Shown piece by piece: positions 37,790 through 50,706 of a DNA stretch of 64,000 bases. Positions within the stretch are counted from its first letter, which is position 1; the number at the start of each line of letters is the position of its first letter. Both the position numbers and the translations under genes were made by a program. The notes under the pieces are model-generated. The model did not search any database, was not told the origin of the DNA, and was given only the letters and a program-made list of their open reading frames with translations. Source of the DNA: Octopus sinensis (taxonomy: Eukaryota); the NCBI RefSeq assembly GCF_006345805.1, contig NC_043022.1, forward strand, positions 3,534,001 through 3,598,000, read 5' to 3'.

Positions 37790-40700
37790 CGACAGGCTTC
37801 TTTCAGTTTCCGTCTACCAATCCACTCACAAGGCATTGGTCGGCCCGGGGCTATAGTAGAAGACACTTGCCCAAGATGCCACGCAGTGGGACTGAACCCG
37901 GAACCATGTGGTTGGTTAGCAAGCTACTTATATTCTATGCTCAAATGAGGATGCTGTCCACTGTCCTTTCACCGTCAATGAATGGTCTGGCACCTCTGCA
38001 CTCATAAAAGCAAGACTCACGTTCTTGAGAAACAGGAATGAGTTAACAAGAGGAAGGGCATCTGACAGCAAAACAATGCCACAACAACATGTACTCCCCT
38101 AACTCATGCTAGCATGAAAAAAAACAGATACAAAAACAAACATTCAGACACACACACCAATAATTTCCCTTGACAGAAACTGGTAACTCTTTACTCTTTT
38201 TACTCTTTTACTTGTTTCAGTCATTTGACTGCGGCCATGCTGGAGCACCACCTTTAGTCGAGCAAATCGACCCCAGGACTTATTCTTTGTAAGCCTAGTA
38301 CTTATTCTATCGAACCGCTAAGTTACGGGGACGTAAACACACCAGCATCAGTTGTCAAGCAATGCTAGGGGGACAAACACACACACACATATATACATAT
38401 ATACGACGGGCTTCTTTCAGTTTCCGTCTACCAAATCCACTCACAAGGCTTTGGTCGGCCCGAGGCTATAGTAGAAGACACTTGCCCAAGGTGCCATGCA
38501 GTGGGACTGAACCTGGAACAATGTAGTTGGTTAGCAAGCTACTTACCACACAGCCACTCCTGCGGTAAGTTTAGAAGTTCACAACTACTTTACAATGTAT
38601 GGGTTTAACGCTCTAGCATTTAAACTGGCCATATCAGGCCCAACTATTCTACTAGTTTTATATGCTCAAAACCAGCCAAACCCGGCCGCGCACTGACACC
38701 CACCTTATAATGTCAAATTAGAAATAGACAATCACACCACTAAAATCTGGACCCTACAAAATGATGTGAAGCATGTCATTCGACACAGTAATCTGAATGC
38801 TAAAGGGTCGAATTGGCCGTATCGAGCCCGAATATTCTACCTGTTTTATGGTCAAACTGACCGTATCTGACCTCTCACACCCACCCTACAATGTCATTCT
38901 AAAAATAAACAAAGTTATGAGATAATGCATGATTAGCACAAAATAATGTACATAAATAAGCATACATTTGATCAAGTAATTAGGATACATCATCATCATC
39001 ATCATCATCGTTTAACGTCCGTTTTCCATGCTGGCATGGGTTAGACGGTTCAACTGGGGTCTGGGAAGCCAGAAGGCTGCGCCAGGCCCAGTCTGATCTG
39101 GCAGTGTTTCTACAGCTGGATGCGCTTCATAACGCCAACCACTCCGTGAGTGTAGTGGGTGCTTTTTACGTGCCACCTGCACAGGTGCCAGACGAGGCTG
39201 GCAAACGGCCACGATCGGATGGTGTTTTTTATGTGCCACCTGCACAGGTGTCAGACGAGGCTGGCAAACGGCCACGATCGGATGGTGTTTTTTATGTGCC
39301 ACCTGCACAGGTGCCAGACGAGGCTGGCAAACGGCCACGATTGGATGGTGCTTTTTACGTGCCACTGGCACGGGGGCCAGGCAAGGCTGGCAAACGGCCA
39401 CGATCGGATGGTGCTTTTTACGTGCCACCGGCACGAAAGGGTTGAATCCACACACCCACTGCTGTTGTCATTCCTACCAGTATCCTCCCAGCAGACATTG
39501 AAAACAGACAGTACAGTAAAATTTACTAATTATAAAATGCTGCAAATGCAATAGTGCATTGCGCATGCACAACTAAACATCACATGACTACCTGCACAGG
39601 TGATTTACCACACGAAAGACCATAAAGCCAAAACATCAGACCTGTAGTTTGTGCTCCTAACATTTGCTCAGTCACTATTGTGGCCTGGGTCTGCTCCAGG
39701 GGCTGTTGAGCCACTTCGTCTCTACCGATTCCAATATATCATTGGCCACACTCTCTTGAACTTATCAATCTACTCTTAAAGTGCTGCCGACCCCCGTCGT
39801 ATTCCACACAGAATCAAACTGGAAAATGGTCGTAAAATTCTGAGTGGGGAAAATTCAAACGTGATCAAAACATTAGTCACAGAAGTTCTCGCTAAGTTTA
39901 TTTCTCATAGAATACAACAGCTTGTAGAACTCAAGAAGAGCCGAAATCAATATATGCTAAACGCTGATATGACAGACAGGGCTCTTGCTAGCTTGTCATG
40001 TTAGCTTCTGCGTAGTTTAAAAAAGAGACAAAGAGAGAGAGAGAGAGGAAAACAAACCACACCTACATATACGAACACTGAGCTATCTGGGACGCAATGT
40101 ACTGTCTTGTATAGGTGGTTGTGGCTGTGGTGGTGGTGGCTGTTAGCTACCAATACCACCAGTTTAGGTGGTGGCTGTTTTAGAGCCATCAAAGCTGACA
40201 TCATCAATATTTGGTGATGCACAAGAATCCGGGGAAAATATCAGAATATAAAAAGGAGGGGACGGGAAGAGGGGACAGGAGGTGGACGGCTGAAAAATTT
40301 ATTCATGACACACAAGAGAGCATGAAAAGAATTCTAATGAGGAAGAAGCTTTTCAATTTGGAAAGCCAGAGTTTCAAAAGATCTGAGGTAGCCAGTGTGT
40401 GTGTGTGTGTGTGTGTGCGTGCACATATATATTTCTTTACTGCCCACAAGGGGCTAAACATAGAGGGGAGAAACAAGGACAGGCAACGGGATTAAGTCAA
40501 TTACATCGACCCCAGTGCGTAGCTAGTACTTTATTTATCGACCCCGAAAGGATGAAAGGCAAAGTCGACCTCGGCGGAATTTGAACTCAGAACGTAATGG
40601 CAGACGAAATATGGCTATGCATTTCGCCCGGCGTGCTAACGTTTCTGCCAGCTCGCCGCCTTATATCATATATCATTAGCATCATTTAACATCTGTTTTT

Positions 40701-43700
40701 CCATGCTAGCATGGGTTGGACAGTTTGACAGAGGGTGACCAGCTTAAGGGTTGTGCAGGCTCTGTGTCTGTTTTGGCATGGTTTCTACAGCTGGATGCCT
40801 TTCCCAATGCCAACCTCATCAGAGTGTACCAGGTACTTTCTACATGGCAACGACATGGGAGCTTCTACAAGGCACCAGAATGGGCTTTTATGTGGCACTG
40901 ACATGGAGAGCTTCTAGCATGGAAGCTTTATTTTGTGGCACAGGAGCCCTTACGTGACACTGGCACTGTGGCTTCTATGTCCTTTTATACAAACACTATA
41001 CTTGAGTTGGATCTACAGTTTGTATTGAATCTGGTACCTTTGTTTATATCCACATTTCTTTACGTGTACTTGTCCATTCCTCGACCGGGTGAGGTGTTGT
41101 GTTCTTGAGCAAAACACTTCATTTCACGTTGCTCCAGTCCACTCAGCTTGTAAAAAAGAGTAATCCTGTGAGGGACTGGCATCCCATCCAGGGAATGAGT
41201 ATATACACCAGAGAAACCAGGAAAATGGTTCTATGGTCTTTAAGGAGTAATGAGGACTAATCATGGATAAAAATAATGAAGAATGCATTAAAGAAATTTT
41301 GTCCATTATTGAAGTTGGTGCTTGGAATTTCAATTAAAATTTAAGGGGAGATTTTAATACAGAACAATTTCAAACAGAAAGAACCAAGAATGGTCTCAGG
41401 GTGAGACCATAACTGGCCATATATTAGATCTGGCCAGTTGGACCATAAAACTGGGAGAATACTTGGGCAAGTAAGAGTGATTCAACCGTTTAGCATTGGG
41501 ATTACTGTCAGATGTAATACTTGTTTATCCACATGGTTTTGAATTAATCATGGATTATCTTGTAGATTTGAGACTTCCATAATGTGATTGTACACATCCG
41601 TGCCGGTGGCATGTAAAAAGCACCATCCGATCGTGGCCGTTTGCCAGCCTCGTCTGGCACGTAAAAAGCACCCACTACACTCATGGAGTGGTTGGCGTTA
41701 GGAAGGGCATCCATCCGTAGAAACATTGCTAGATCAGACTGGGCCTGGTGCAAGCCTTCTGGCTTCCCAGACCCCAGTTGAACCGTCCAACCCATGCCAG
41801 CATGGAAAGCGGACGCTAAACAATGATGATGATGATTTATAGAGTTTCTTGCAGCTGATGGTCCTTGAGAACATAAGTGTGTGCATGTGTGTTTGTATCC
41901 TTTAGTTGTTATTAAAGCCACACGAACGAACCATCTGGTTCAAAGTGCAAAGAGCAGTGGACGAAAGCACTTCACTTGAAAACAAGGGTTGGCACCAGGA
42001 AGTGTATCCAGCTGTAGAATATAGCCTTGACAATCCTCAACCCTGGCCAAAATCGAAAAAGTCCACAGAAGAAAATACCAATGACGCAAATAGTAAATCA
42101 TCATCATCATCATCGTTTAGCATCCGTTTTCCATGCTAGCATGGGTTGGACGGTTCTACTGGGGTTGTGAAGCCAGAAGGTTTCATCAGGCCCAGTCAAA
42201 TCTGGCAGTGTTTCTACGGCTGGATGCCCTTCCTAACGCCAACCACTCCGTGAGTGTAGTGGGTGCTTTTTACGTGCCACCCGCACAGGTGCCAGACAGA
42301 GCTGGCAACGGACACGAACGGATGGTGCTTTTTACGTGCCACTGGTAAAATACATAAATAAATAAAGGCTAAATTAAAATTGGTACAAGGTTCTACATTT
42401 GGACAGCAATCAATAGTGGGAGACTTTTCCAAAGTAAAGTCATCTGAGAAGATGTGTAGCTTAGTGGTTAGAGTATTTGGCACCTGAATGTAAGATCCAT
42501 GAGTTCAATTCCCAGCAGCGTGTTGTGTCCTTGAGCAAGACACATTATTTCACTTTATTGCTCCAGTCCACTCAGCTGGCTAAAGTGAGTTGTAATTGTG
42601 GTTCAAAGGGCCAGCTTTGTCACGTTCCATCTCATGCTGAATCTCCCTGATAACTACATTAAGAGTATGCATGCCTGTGGAGTACTCAACCACTTGCCTG
42701 CTAATTTCACAAGAAAGCTGTTCTGTTAATGGGATCAACTGGAACAATTGTTGTCATAACTGATGGAGTGCCGATTACAAGTCACCTAGGTACATCATTT
42801 ACATTTGATGGATATTTGTCCTCATCTGGTTTGTTGTTAACACAACGTTTCGGCTGATATACCCTCCTGCCTTCTTCAGGTGTCTTGGGGAAATTTTGAA
42901 ATATCCGTCAAATGTAAACAGTGTACATAATTCCTCATCTCTTAAATATGAAACTGTAAGTCATCTAGGGTATGAAACATTGGCTCATTTGGTGAAGGTT
43001 GTACTGGGTGCTGGCGTCGCGTAAAAAACACCCAGTACACTCTGTAAAGAGGCTGGCATTAGGAAGGGCACCCAGTTGCAGAAACCCTGCTGAAACACAC
43101 AATGGAACCTGGTGTGGCTCCTGGCTTTATCAGCTCCTGTCAAACCATCCAACCCATGCCAGCATGGAAAACAGACGCTAAATGATAATGGTGATGATGA
43201 AGATTCTTCTGGTGTCAGAAATGGCATGTCAGCTCCTTCATACACTTGTGCTCGTTAACATTACAAGCGGAAAAAAAAAAAAAAAGGGGGTTAAGAAAAT
43301 AAGCGACTTCACAATAAAGATCTTTTTTTTTTTTTTGGTTTATTTCGCTTGGGGTTTCAAGCCAAGGAAAGTCAGATTCAGTCCTCCCCTCCACCACCGC
43401 CACAGAACCCTTCAGTTTTGACAGAAAAATGACAGTAATGTTTCCGACATAATTGATTTGAGTTTACTTTGAGGAGAAGCAGCCCCACCAGCGCTCCTCC
43501 ATACACACACCATATGTTCGCTCACAGGGATGATATATATGTCAAAGATACCAAAATTGCTCTGATACCATTTTTAGATATTCAAAAGCTTGAAGGCATT
43601 ATCTCACCTTAAAAGTTATTATCATTTATTAGCAACAATTTTTCCTTACTTTTTTTCTCCTTTTTTTCTTTCATTTCTGCCATTTAAAAAACAACAACTT

Positions 43701-46700
43701 ATGTCTGATTTATTTAATTAAAGACAAACAGCAGAACAAATGGGGACAAAATACAGGGTCGTTCTTAAGATCCCTCTTCTCTCTAAACTATTAACCTGTG
43801 TGTCAAAACCGTTTCCTGACCTTTATCACCGTCTCCCACACCACTGTTCATACTGCCCACCAGACCCAGCAACCGTTATTATTACTATCATCATCATCAT
43901 TATTATTATTATCATTATTATTATTATTATTATTAGGGTGGTGATTTGGCAGGTTTGTTAGCATAGTGGGCAAAATGCTTCACAGCATTTCATGTCTTTA
44001 CACTCTGAGTTCAAATTCCACCAAGGTAAACTTTGACTTTAACCCTTTAGCATTTAAACCGGCCATATCCGGCCAAAAGTATTCTGCCTATTCTATGTTC
44101 AAACTGGCCAGATCTGGTCTCTCACACCAACCCTACAATATCGTTTTAAAAATTAACAGCTACCTCATCAAAATCTCATAGTTACAAGATAATGCATGAT
44201 TAGTTCGAAACTGTGAATAAAAAAGGATTAATTGTGGCAGAATAATGCGAACACTAAAGGGTTAATCCTTTCAAGGTTGATAAATTAAGTACCAGTGAAA
44301 CACTGGGGTCGATCTAATTGACTAGGCCCCTCCCTCAAAAATTTCAGGCTTTGTGCTTTTAGATCAGCCACCCATGGCTTTTGTGGGTTTTTCCACGAGG
44401 ACCTTAATGCACCTCCCCTATTGGGAGTTTTAATTTGTTCAATTTTGCTATTTATCTTGTTTGACTTTGCCTTTCATCCTTTCGGGGTAGATAAATTAAG
44501 TACCAGTTACGCACTGGGGTCTATGTAATTGACTTAATCCCTATGTCTGTCCCCTTTATGTTTAGCCCCTTGTGGGCAATAAAGAAATATATCTTGTTTA
44601 CACTCAGAAAACCCATTGTATCGTCCTGTTTTTGTTTTTTATTTTGTTACATGTCTTTTAGTGTTAGTTTATGTGAGCCCTTGTGGCTAATAAACAAATA
44701 GATTATTAGTAGTAGTAGTAAGGCAGCGAGCTGGCAGAATCGTTAGCATGCCAAGCGAAATGCTTTGCAGTATTTTGCCCATCACAAGCCTCGACTGGCT
44801 TCCGTGTCGGTGGCACGTAAAAAGCACCATCCGATTCGTGGCCGAAGCCAGTGCCGCCTCGACTGGCTTCCGTGCAGGTGGCACGTAAAATGCACCAATC
44901 CGACCGTGGCTGATGCCAGCCTCGCCTGGCACCAGTGCAGGTGGCACGTAAAAAGCACCCACTACACTCACGGAGTGGTTGGCGTTAGAAAGGGTATCCA
45001 GCTGTAGAAACATTGCCAGATAAGACCGGAGCCTGGTGCAGCCTTCTGGCTTCCCAGATGGAAAGCGGACGTTAAACGATGATGATGATGATTTCGATTT
45101 CAAATTCTGGCCAAAGTCGACTTTGCCTCTCATCCTTTTATGGGTTGATAAATTAAGTACCGGTTGAGTACTGGGGTTGATGTAATCAACTATCCCCTCT
45201 CGCCCAAATTCCAGGCTTTGTGCCTATAGTAGAGAGGATTATTATTATTATTATTATTAGGGTGGTGATTTAGCAGATCTGTTAGCCTAGTGGGCAAAAT
45301 GCTTCACAACATTTCATCAGTCTTTACATTCTGAGTTCAAATTTCACCAAGGTGAACATTGCCTTTCATCCTTTTGGAGTTGAAAAAATAAGTACCAGTT
45401 GAGCACTGGAATCGATGTAATCAACTTTCTGCCACTACTCAAAAACTGAGGGCCCTGTGCCAAAATTTGAAACCATTATCGTTATTTTTGTTGTTATCAT
45501 TAACCGTTTTGTTACCAACCCGGCTGAAACCAGCTCTGGCTCTCTTGTACAAATGTCTTGCTTTCATAAGTTTTGAATTAAAATCTTCCACCAAACCTTA
45601 ATAACAATTTATGTTCCTAACACTAGCTTAATGATGACTAAGTTATTTTACGAAATTCTTTGTTATATTCAAAATGAATTGAAAGAAACACAGAACATCT
45701 CAACAGAAATATGGTAAGAAAACGGCTAAAGACAGTCAGTCAACTTCAATTTGCACAAGATTTGGCTGCTATTTCTAACAAGTCAAACAACTATGTGAAA
45801 CAAAATCTGCAATTAAAGCGTTTTGATATAAACCCAGCTGAAACCACCTCTGGCTCTGTAGTACAAATGTCTTGGTTTCATAAGTTCTGAATTAAAATCT
45901 TCCACCAAACCTTAGTCACAATTTATGTCTCTAACACTGACTTAATGATAACCAAGTTATTTTACTAAATTCTTTATTATATTTAAAATAATTGAAAGAG
46001 ACACAGAGCATCCCAAAATAAATACGGTAATGAAAGGGTTAAGGCAGCAAGCTGGCAGAATCGTCAGCACACCAGAAAAATTGCTTGACATTTTGTAGAC
46101 CTTTACATTCTAAGTTCAATTTCTACTGTGGTCGACTTGCCCTACCCTCTCAGTTTTGTGCCCAACCCACAGCAATGAAAGGAAAAAAACAAAAAAAAAA
46201 AAAAAAAAAAGTGATCAAGGTGCAGGAGTGGCTGTGTGGTAAGTAGCTTGCTTACCAGCCACATGGTTCTGGGTTCAGTCCCACTGTGTGGCACCTTGGG
46301 CAAGTGTCTTCTACTATAGCCTCGGGCCGACCAAAGCCTTGTGAGTTGATTTGGTAGACGGAAACTGAAAGAAGCCCGTCGTATATATGTATATATATGT
46401 GTGTGCGTGTATGTTTGTGTTTGTCCCCCTAGCATTGCTTGACAACCGATGCTGGTGTGTTTACGTCCCCGTCACTTAGCGGTTCGGCAAAAGAGACCGA
46501 TAGAATAAGTACTGGGCTTACAAAGAATAAGTCCCGGGGTCGATCTGCTCGACTAAAGGCAGTGCTCCAGCATGGCCGCAGTCAAATGACTGAAACGAGT
46601 AAAAGAGTAAAGAGTAAGATTTGAACCAAGAGCACAGAAAATTGAAACAAATACCACAAGGCATTCAGTCCACTGCTTCAACAACTTGGCCAATTCGCAG

Positions 46701-46800
46701 TCTTTGGAATCAAATATGACAAGGTACCATGTGCATAAGTCTACTAATTCTAGAATGCACCAATGGTACTTCACGTCCAGCCTAATATTTTGAATATTAT

Positions 46801-47571
46801 GTATTTCTTTACTACCCACAAGGAGCTAAACACAGAGGGGACAAACAAGGACAGACAAAGGGATTAAGTCGATTACATCGACCCCAGTGCGTAACTGGTA
46901 CTTAATTTAACGACCCCGAAAGGATGAAAGGCAAAGTCGACCTCGGCGGAATTTGAACTCAGAACGTAGCTGTAGACGAAATACCTACTTCTTTACTACC
47001 CACAAGGGGCTAAACACAGAGGGGACAAACAAGGACAGACAAAGGGATTAAATCGATTACATCGACCCCAATGCGTAACTGGTACTTAATTTATCGACCC
47101 CGAAAGGATGAAAGGCAAAGTCGACCTCGGCGGAATTTGAACTCAGAACGTAACTGTAGACGAAATACCTACTTCTTTACTACCCACAAGGGGCTAAACA
47201 AGGACAGACAAAGGGATTAAATCGATTACATCGACCCCAGTGCATAACTGGTACTTAATTTAACGACCCCGAAAGGATGAAAGGCAAAGTCGACCTCAGC
47301 GGAATTTGAACTCAGAACGTAGCTGTAGATGAAATACCTACTTCTTTACTACCCACAAGGGGCTAAACACGGAGGGGACAAACAAGGACAGACAAAGGGA
47401 TTAAATCGATTACATCGACCCCAGTGCGTAACTGGTACTTAATTTAACGACCCCGAAAGGATGAAAGGCAAAGTCGACCTCGGCGGAATTTGAACTCGGA
47501 ACGTAACGACAGACGAAATACGGCTACGAATTTCACCCGGCGCGCTAACGTTTCTACCATCTCGCCGCCTT
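46801..47571 (-). repeat. Second-family SINE tetramer (184, 184 and 169 bp periods, single head)
   Basis: Motif ttctttactac starts at 46805, 46989, 47173 and 47342; one head at about 47520-47571. Confidence 0.92.
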
Positions 47572-48854
47572 CATATTTTGAAAGTATGGAAGTCGCTGCC
47601 TTCATCACCTGACATGTTGGTCCCTTTTGCTGTTTCCCTAAACACCAAAGAGTGTGGTGAAGTTGGGAAAAATGAGATGAGAAATGACCAATTTTAAAAG
47701 CCAGCTGTTCCACATGCTGAGTGTGTACTGGCACCGAGCGGAACATCTTGGTCCTGCTGGTAGAGTACAGATATTTTAATCGATAAATACTAAATTAACA
47801 AACATGTGAGAGATTGACGTATGTGACTTGAATTGATGCGATTTACACACACACACACACACACACTTATGTAGTTTTTATAGAAGAAATCTACATATAT
47901 ATGTACATCTATCAACTATAACTATATATAATTTTTACTGGAGAAATCTACACACACATATATACATACATAACCATATACATGCAATACATATATACTT
48001 ATACTCTTTTACTTGTTTCAGTCATTTGATTGCGGCCATGCTGGAGCACCGCCTTTAATCGAGCAACTCGACCCCGGGACTTATTCTTTTGTAAGCCCAG
48101 TACTTATTCTATCAGTCCCTTTTTGCCGAACCGCTAAGTAACGGGGACATAAACACACCAGCATTGGTTGTCAAGCAATGCTAGGGGAACAAACCCAGAC
48201 ACACAAACATACACACACACATATGTATATATATACATATATACGACGGGCTTCTTTCAGTTTCCGTCTACCAAATCCACTTACAAGGCTTTGGTCGGCC
48301 CGAGGCTATAGTTGAAGACACTTGCCCAAGGTGCCACACAGTGGGATTGAACCCAGAACCATGTGGTTGGTAAACAAGGTACTTACCACACAGCCACTCC
48401 TGCGCCTATGTACATCTATCTACTATAACTATATATAATTTTTACTGGAGAAATCTACACACACATATATACATACATATCCATATACATGCAATACATA
48501 TATACTTATATATAAATATATACACATACATATATCTATATACATCGATCTACACACACACATACAACACAGATATATTTATCTAACTTTTATTGAGCAA
48601 CTCTACATACATATACATGTCTATATCTATGTGTGTGTGTGTGTGTGTGAGGGGGGGGTTTATTGCAGAAATCTCCATACTTATACTAAGGCGCAGGAGT
48701 GGCTGTGTGGTAAGTAGCTTGCTAACCAACCACGTGGTTCCGGGTTCAGTCCCATTGCATGGCATCTTGGGCAAGTGTCTTCTACTATAGCCCCGGGCTG
48801 ACCAATGCCTTGTGAGTGGATTTGGCAGACGGAAACTGAAAGAAGCCCATCGTA

Positions 48855-48895
<41 letters not shown>

Positions 48896-50706
48896 GAGAC
48901 AGACTTGTGTCTAAAAGTTGTTGCTAACAACCAATAAAACAAGTTGTCAGTGTTTTGAAATGGGTGCAGACAGGCTTTATAATGTGATTTTACTGCCATT
49001 TAGCCCCTGGGTAGCCCTGACCAAGCAATGAGTTTCCTACTGTGATTCTATTGAATGAGACTTGGAGCAAGTGCACCATGTCCTTGTGTGTTATATGAAG
49101 TAGCTAAAAGGTTTGGTAACAAGAAGGGCAGCTGGCTATAGAACACTGACCCAGGGAAACTGAGAAAAGGAGATGTGAAATGATGCTAGCAATGACATTT
49201 CTATCACAATAGTAGGGCACACTCATTGTGTGTCTGTCTGTCCGTCTCTCTCTCACACTCACTGAATCACAATCTACTGCTGTTAAAGTGTGAACAGTAA
49301 ACAACAGAAACCAATTTTAATTACAAAGTCCATTATTTCCTTAATTAAACATTCCAGCCTTTTTTTCCTTTCTTTCTTTTTGGCATTGTGCACCCAGCTC
49401 AATCAAATGTCTTTTATTTAAGATAATACAGCGTGGATTGAGGGAGATTTGGCTACTATTTCACACCTTCTTGCCAGGTGGGATTCACTCGATTTTTCCC
49501 TGCCAATGTCTTTTAGTGACTACAAGATGTTTTATCAATCACCCCTTATCTCCCCAGTGCAGTGTTGTTAGATTAATTCCATCTATTTCCACTTGTCTAC
49601 AGCTGGGAATAAGTGGAGGTGCATGGCTTAGTGGTTAGGCTACTGACTCATGATTATAAGATTGTGGCATTCTTGAGCAAGACACTTTATTTCATGTTGG
49701 TCTGGTTCATACAATTGGCAAAAATCAGTATTCATGCAAGACACCAGAGTCCTGTCCAGGGAGGAATGTACACGTCAGAGAAACCAGGGAACAAAACTTA
49801 TGCTTCTTACAGAGCAATGTGGGCAAATCACAACTGGGAAAATAGCATTTTTCACAGATGCCTCCGACCCCTTACAGGTCGTTAACGAAAAAAGGAAATG
49901 TTTCAGTAAGAAGCAGCTTCATTCAATTTTCAGGCAGTGGGTTTCTGTGAGATGATACTAAGTCATTGGTCATCATCATCATCATCATTTAGCGTCCGTT
50001 TTCCATGCTAGCATGGGTTGGACGGTTTAACTGGGGTCTGTGAAGCCGGAAGGCTTCATCAGGCCCAGTCAGATTTGGCAGTGTTTCTACGGCTGGATGC
50101 CCTTCCTAACGCCAACCACTCCGCGAGTGTAGTGGGTGTTTTTCACATGCCACCTGCACAGGTGCCAGACAGAGCTGGCACAACGGCCACGAACGGATGG
50201 TGCTTTTACGTGTCACCGGCACGGGGCCAGGCGATGCTGGCAACAGACACGAACGGATGGCGCTTTTACGTGCCACCGACACGGGGCCAGACAGAGCTGG
50301 CAAACGGCCACGAACGGACGGTGCTTTTACGTGTCACCGGCACAGGCCAGAAAATCAGAGCTCATCCTCAATATCAGCACCATCATTTAGGTCAGTTTTC
50401 TGTGCTGGGTATGGGTTAGAGGGTTTGAAGGAGCTGGCATGGTTGGAATGCATACCAGGTTCCATTGTCTGTTTTGGCATGGTTTCTACAGCTGGATGCC
50501 CTTCCTAATGCCAACCTCTTCACAGAGGGTACTGAGTGCATTTTACATGGCACCACCACCAGTGCTTTTTACTTGGCACCAGTCCCTATGGTTTTTAAGT
50601 GGCACCATCCCCGGTGCTTTTTACGTGGCACCAACACAGGTTCTTTTTACATGGCATAGTACCTGTACATTTTACACGGCACCATCACCAGTGCTTTTTA
50701 TGTGAC

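Noticed and set aside
40067-40204. His-rich minus-strand ORF ending at a phase-0 gtaggt donor as an alternative first exon
   Set aside because: Built on a (CCA)n low-complexity run similar to 24016-24040, with no homology and no promoter evidence.
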